Origin: Nitrospirota bacterium | GTDB taxonomy: Bacteria; Nitrospirota; UBA9217 | DNA length: 64,000 nt | NCBI GenBank assembly: GCA_963754875.1 | Contig: CAVWHO010000016.1 | Span: forward strand, 160,001 to 224,000 | Direction: 5' to 3' | Shown here: piece by piece, positions 63,058 to 64,000 of the stretch | Layout: the number at the start of each line of letters is the position of its first letter | Numbering within the stretch: the first letter of the stretch is position 1 | The notes under the pieces: model-generated | Databases searched by the model: none | The model's input: the letters and a program-made list of their open reading frames with translations, nothing else | Told to the model about the DNA's origin: nothing | Made by a program: the position numbers and the translations under genes

Positions 63058-63564
63058 TTACTCGTTACTCCTCTTCTTTGCCAACATGACCGCGCCCACC
63101 AGACCTACGAGCAGGATGATGGACGCCGCCTCAAAGGGGACCAGATACTTCTGGTACAGCAGTTCACCCAGTTCCTTGACGCCGCTTCCGGCAAGCTGCA
63201 TGGGCTGCCCCGTATCTGCAGAGAAGGTGCCACGCGAGATAAGAAGGATGACCTCGGCGGCGATCACCACGCCGAAACCGACCATCCAGGGCCAAAAGCG
63301 GTTGGCACGTACTGCGGAACTCTCCCGGTCCACGTTCAAAAGCATCACCACAAAGAGGTAGAGGATCAGGATGGCCCCTGCATACACAATGATCTGCACT
63401 GCTGCCAGGAATTCTGCGTTCAGGAGCACGAACACCCCTGCAATGTGAAAAAATAAAAGCAGCATGAACATCACACTGTGAATAGGGTTCCTTCGGGTTA
63501 TCATCAGGACGGCCGACAGCAGAATGACCGCTGCGAAGTACAGGAATATTAGCTCATGCGTCAT
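63058..63564 (-). CDS. nuoJ: NADH-quinone oxidoreductase subunit J
   Basis: AEFLAAVQIIVYAGAI, PFEAASIILL motifs. Confidence 0.95.
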   Translation of the reverse strand: MTHELIFLYFAAVILLSAVLMITRRNPIHSVMFMLLLFFHIAGVFVLLNAEFLAAVQIIVYAGAILILYLFVVMLLNVDRESSAVRANRFWPWMVGFGVVIAAEVILLISRGTFSADTGQPMQLAGSGVKELGELLYQKYLVPFEAASIILLVGLVGAVMLAKKRSNE

Positions 63565-64000
63565 TTCTTGTTTACCGCCTTCCCGCCCATGAAGCGATCG
63601 CCCACGTCGACCAGGCGGTCCTTGGTATAGAACGCGTCTTTTCTCGAATAGCAGGCAAGTTCAAACTCGGGCGTCATCAGGATCGCCGATACGGGGCAGG
63701 CATCGATGCAAAACCCGCAGAACACGCACCGGAGCAGGTCGAGTTCGTAGGAGTTGACGAGCTTTTCGTGCTCGGACCCCTCTGAGGTTGTCACGGTAAT
63801 AGCTTTCGAGGGACAGACCGCCTCGCACAAACCGCAGCCGATACACGCCGCCTTTCCCGTTTCATCGCGCCGCATGGCATGGAGCCCCCGCGAACCGGGG
63901 ATCGGCTTTCGTTTGAACGTGGGGTACTGACGGGTGACGGCCGGCGTCAGCATGGTCTTGAGCGTCAATGCCATACCTTGGGCTATTTCGATCAGAAAGA
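63561..64000 (-). CDS. nuoI: NADH-quinone oxidoreductase subunit I (5' end probably outside the window)
   Basis: CIGCGLCEAVCP and CVFCGFCIDACP 2x[4Fe-4S] motifs. Confidence 0.93.
   Translation of the reverse strand, partial: FLIEIAQGMALTLKTMLTPAVTRQYPTFKRKPIPGSRGLHAMRRDETGKAACIGCGLCEAVCPSKAITVTTSEGSEHEKLVNSYELDLLRCVFCGFCIDACPVSAILMTPEFELACYSRKDAFYTKDRLVDVGDRFMGGKAVNKK

Overview
Bacterial window, probably an anaerobe of Nitrospirota/Desulfobacterota type (inferred from gene style, not tested). It has two parts. (1) Positions ~1-19.7 kb form a visibly AT-richer accessory region next to the 3' end of tRNA-Glu/tRNA-Lys. It holds four TM2-domain paralogs, three TRL-like lipoprotein paralogs (one truncated), a decaying DsrE-TusA-MoaD sulfur-relay block, a secreted CxxCH beta-propeller, two CRP/FNR regulators with an NtcA-like recognition helix, a sigma54 activator, and an intact IS21 element with a 7-bp target duplication. 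A palindrome TGTATC-N4-GATACA (GTA-N8-TAC) recurs ~100 bp upstream of several of these genes, usually with a -10 box 22-23 nt downstream, suggesting a self-contained regulon. (2) Positions ~20-64 kb are GC-richer core: purA, serA, ttcA, two nrdJ paralogs, scpA/scpB, a Cus-type RND system, cpoB/pal, the pentose-phosphate operon and nuoI-N. The ORF track misses two probable selenocysteine read-throughs. One is a DUF1573 protein (S-U-G-C, with a SECIS-like hairpin). The other, and the most interesting feature, is a 40-aa peptide ending C-x2-U-x2-U-KS, followed by an fdhF-like SECIS hairpin, directly upstream of a radical SAM/SPASM enzyme, an SDR domain and a nitroreductase: a candidate di-selenocysteine RiPP cluster. 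Single +1 frameshifts in purA, cusA and nuoL look like assembly errors, so indel-based calls need caution.
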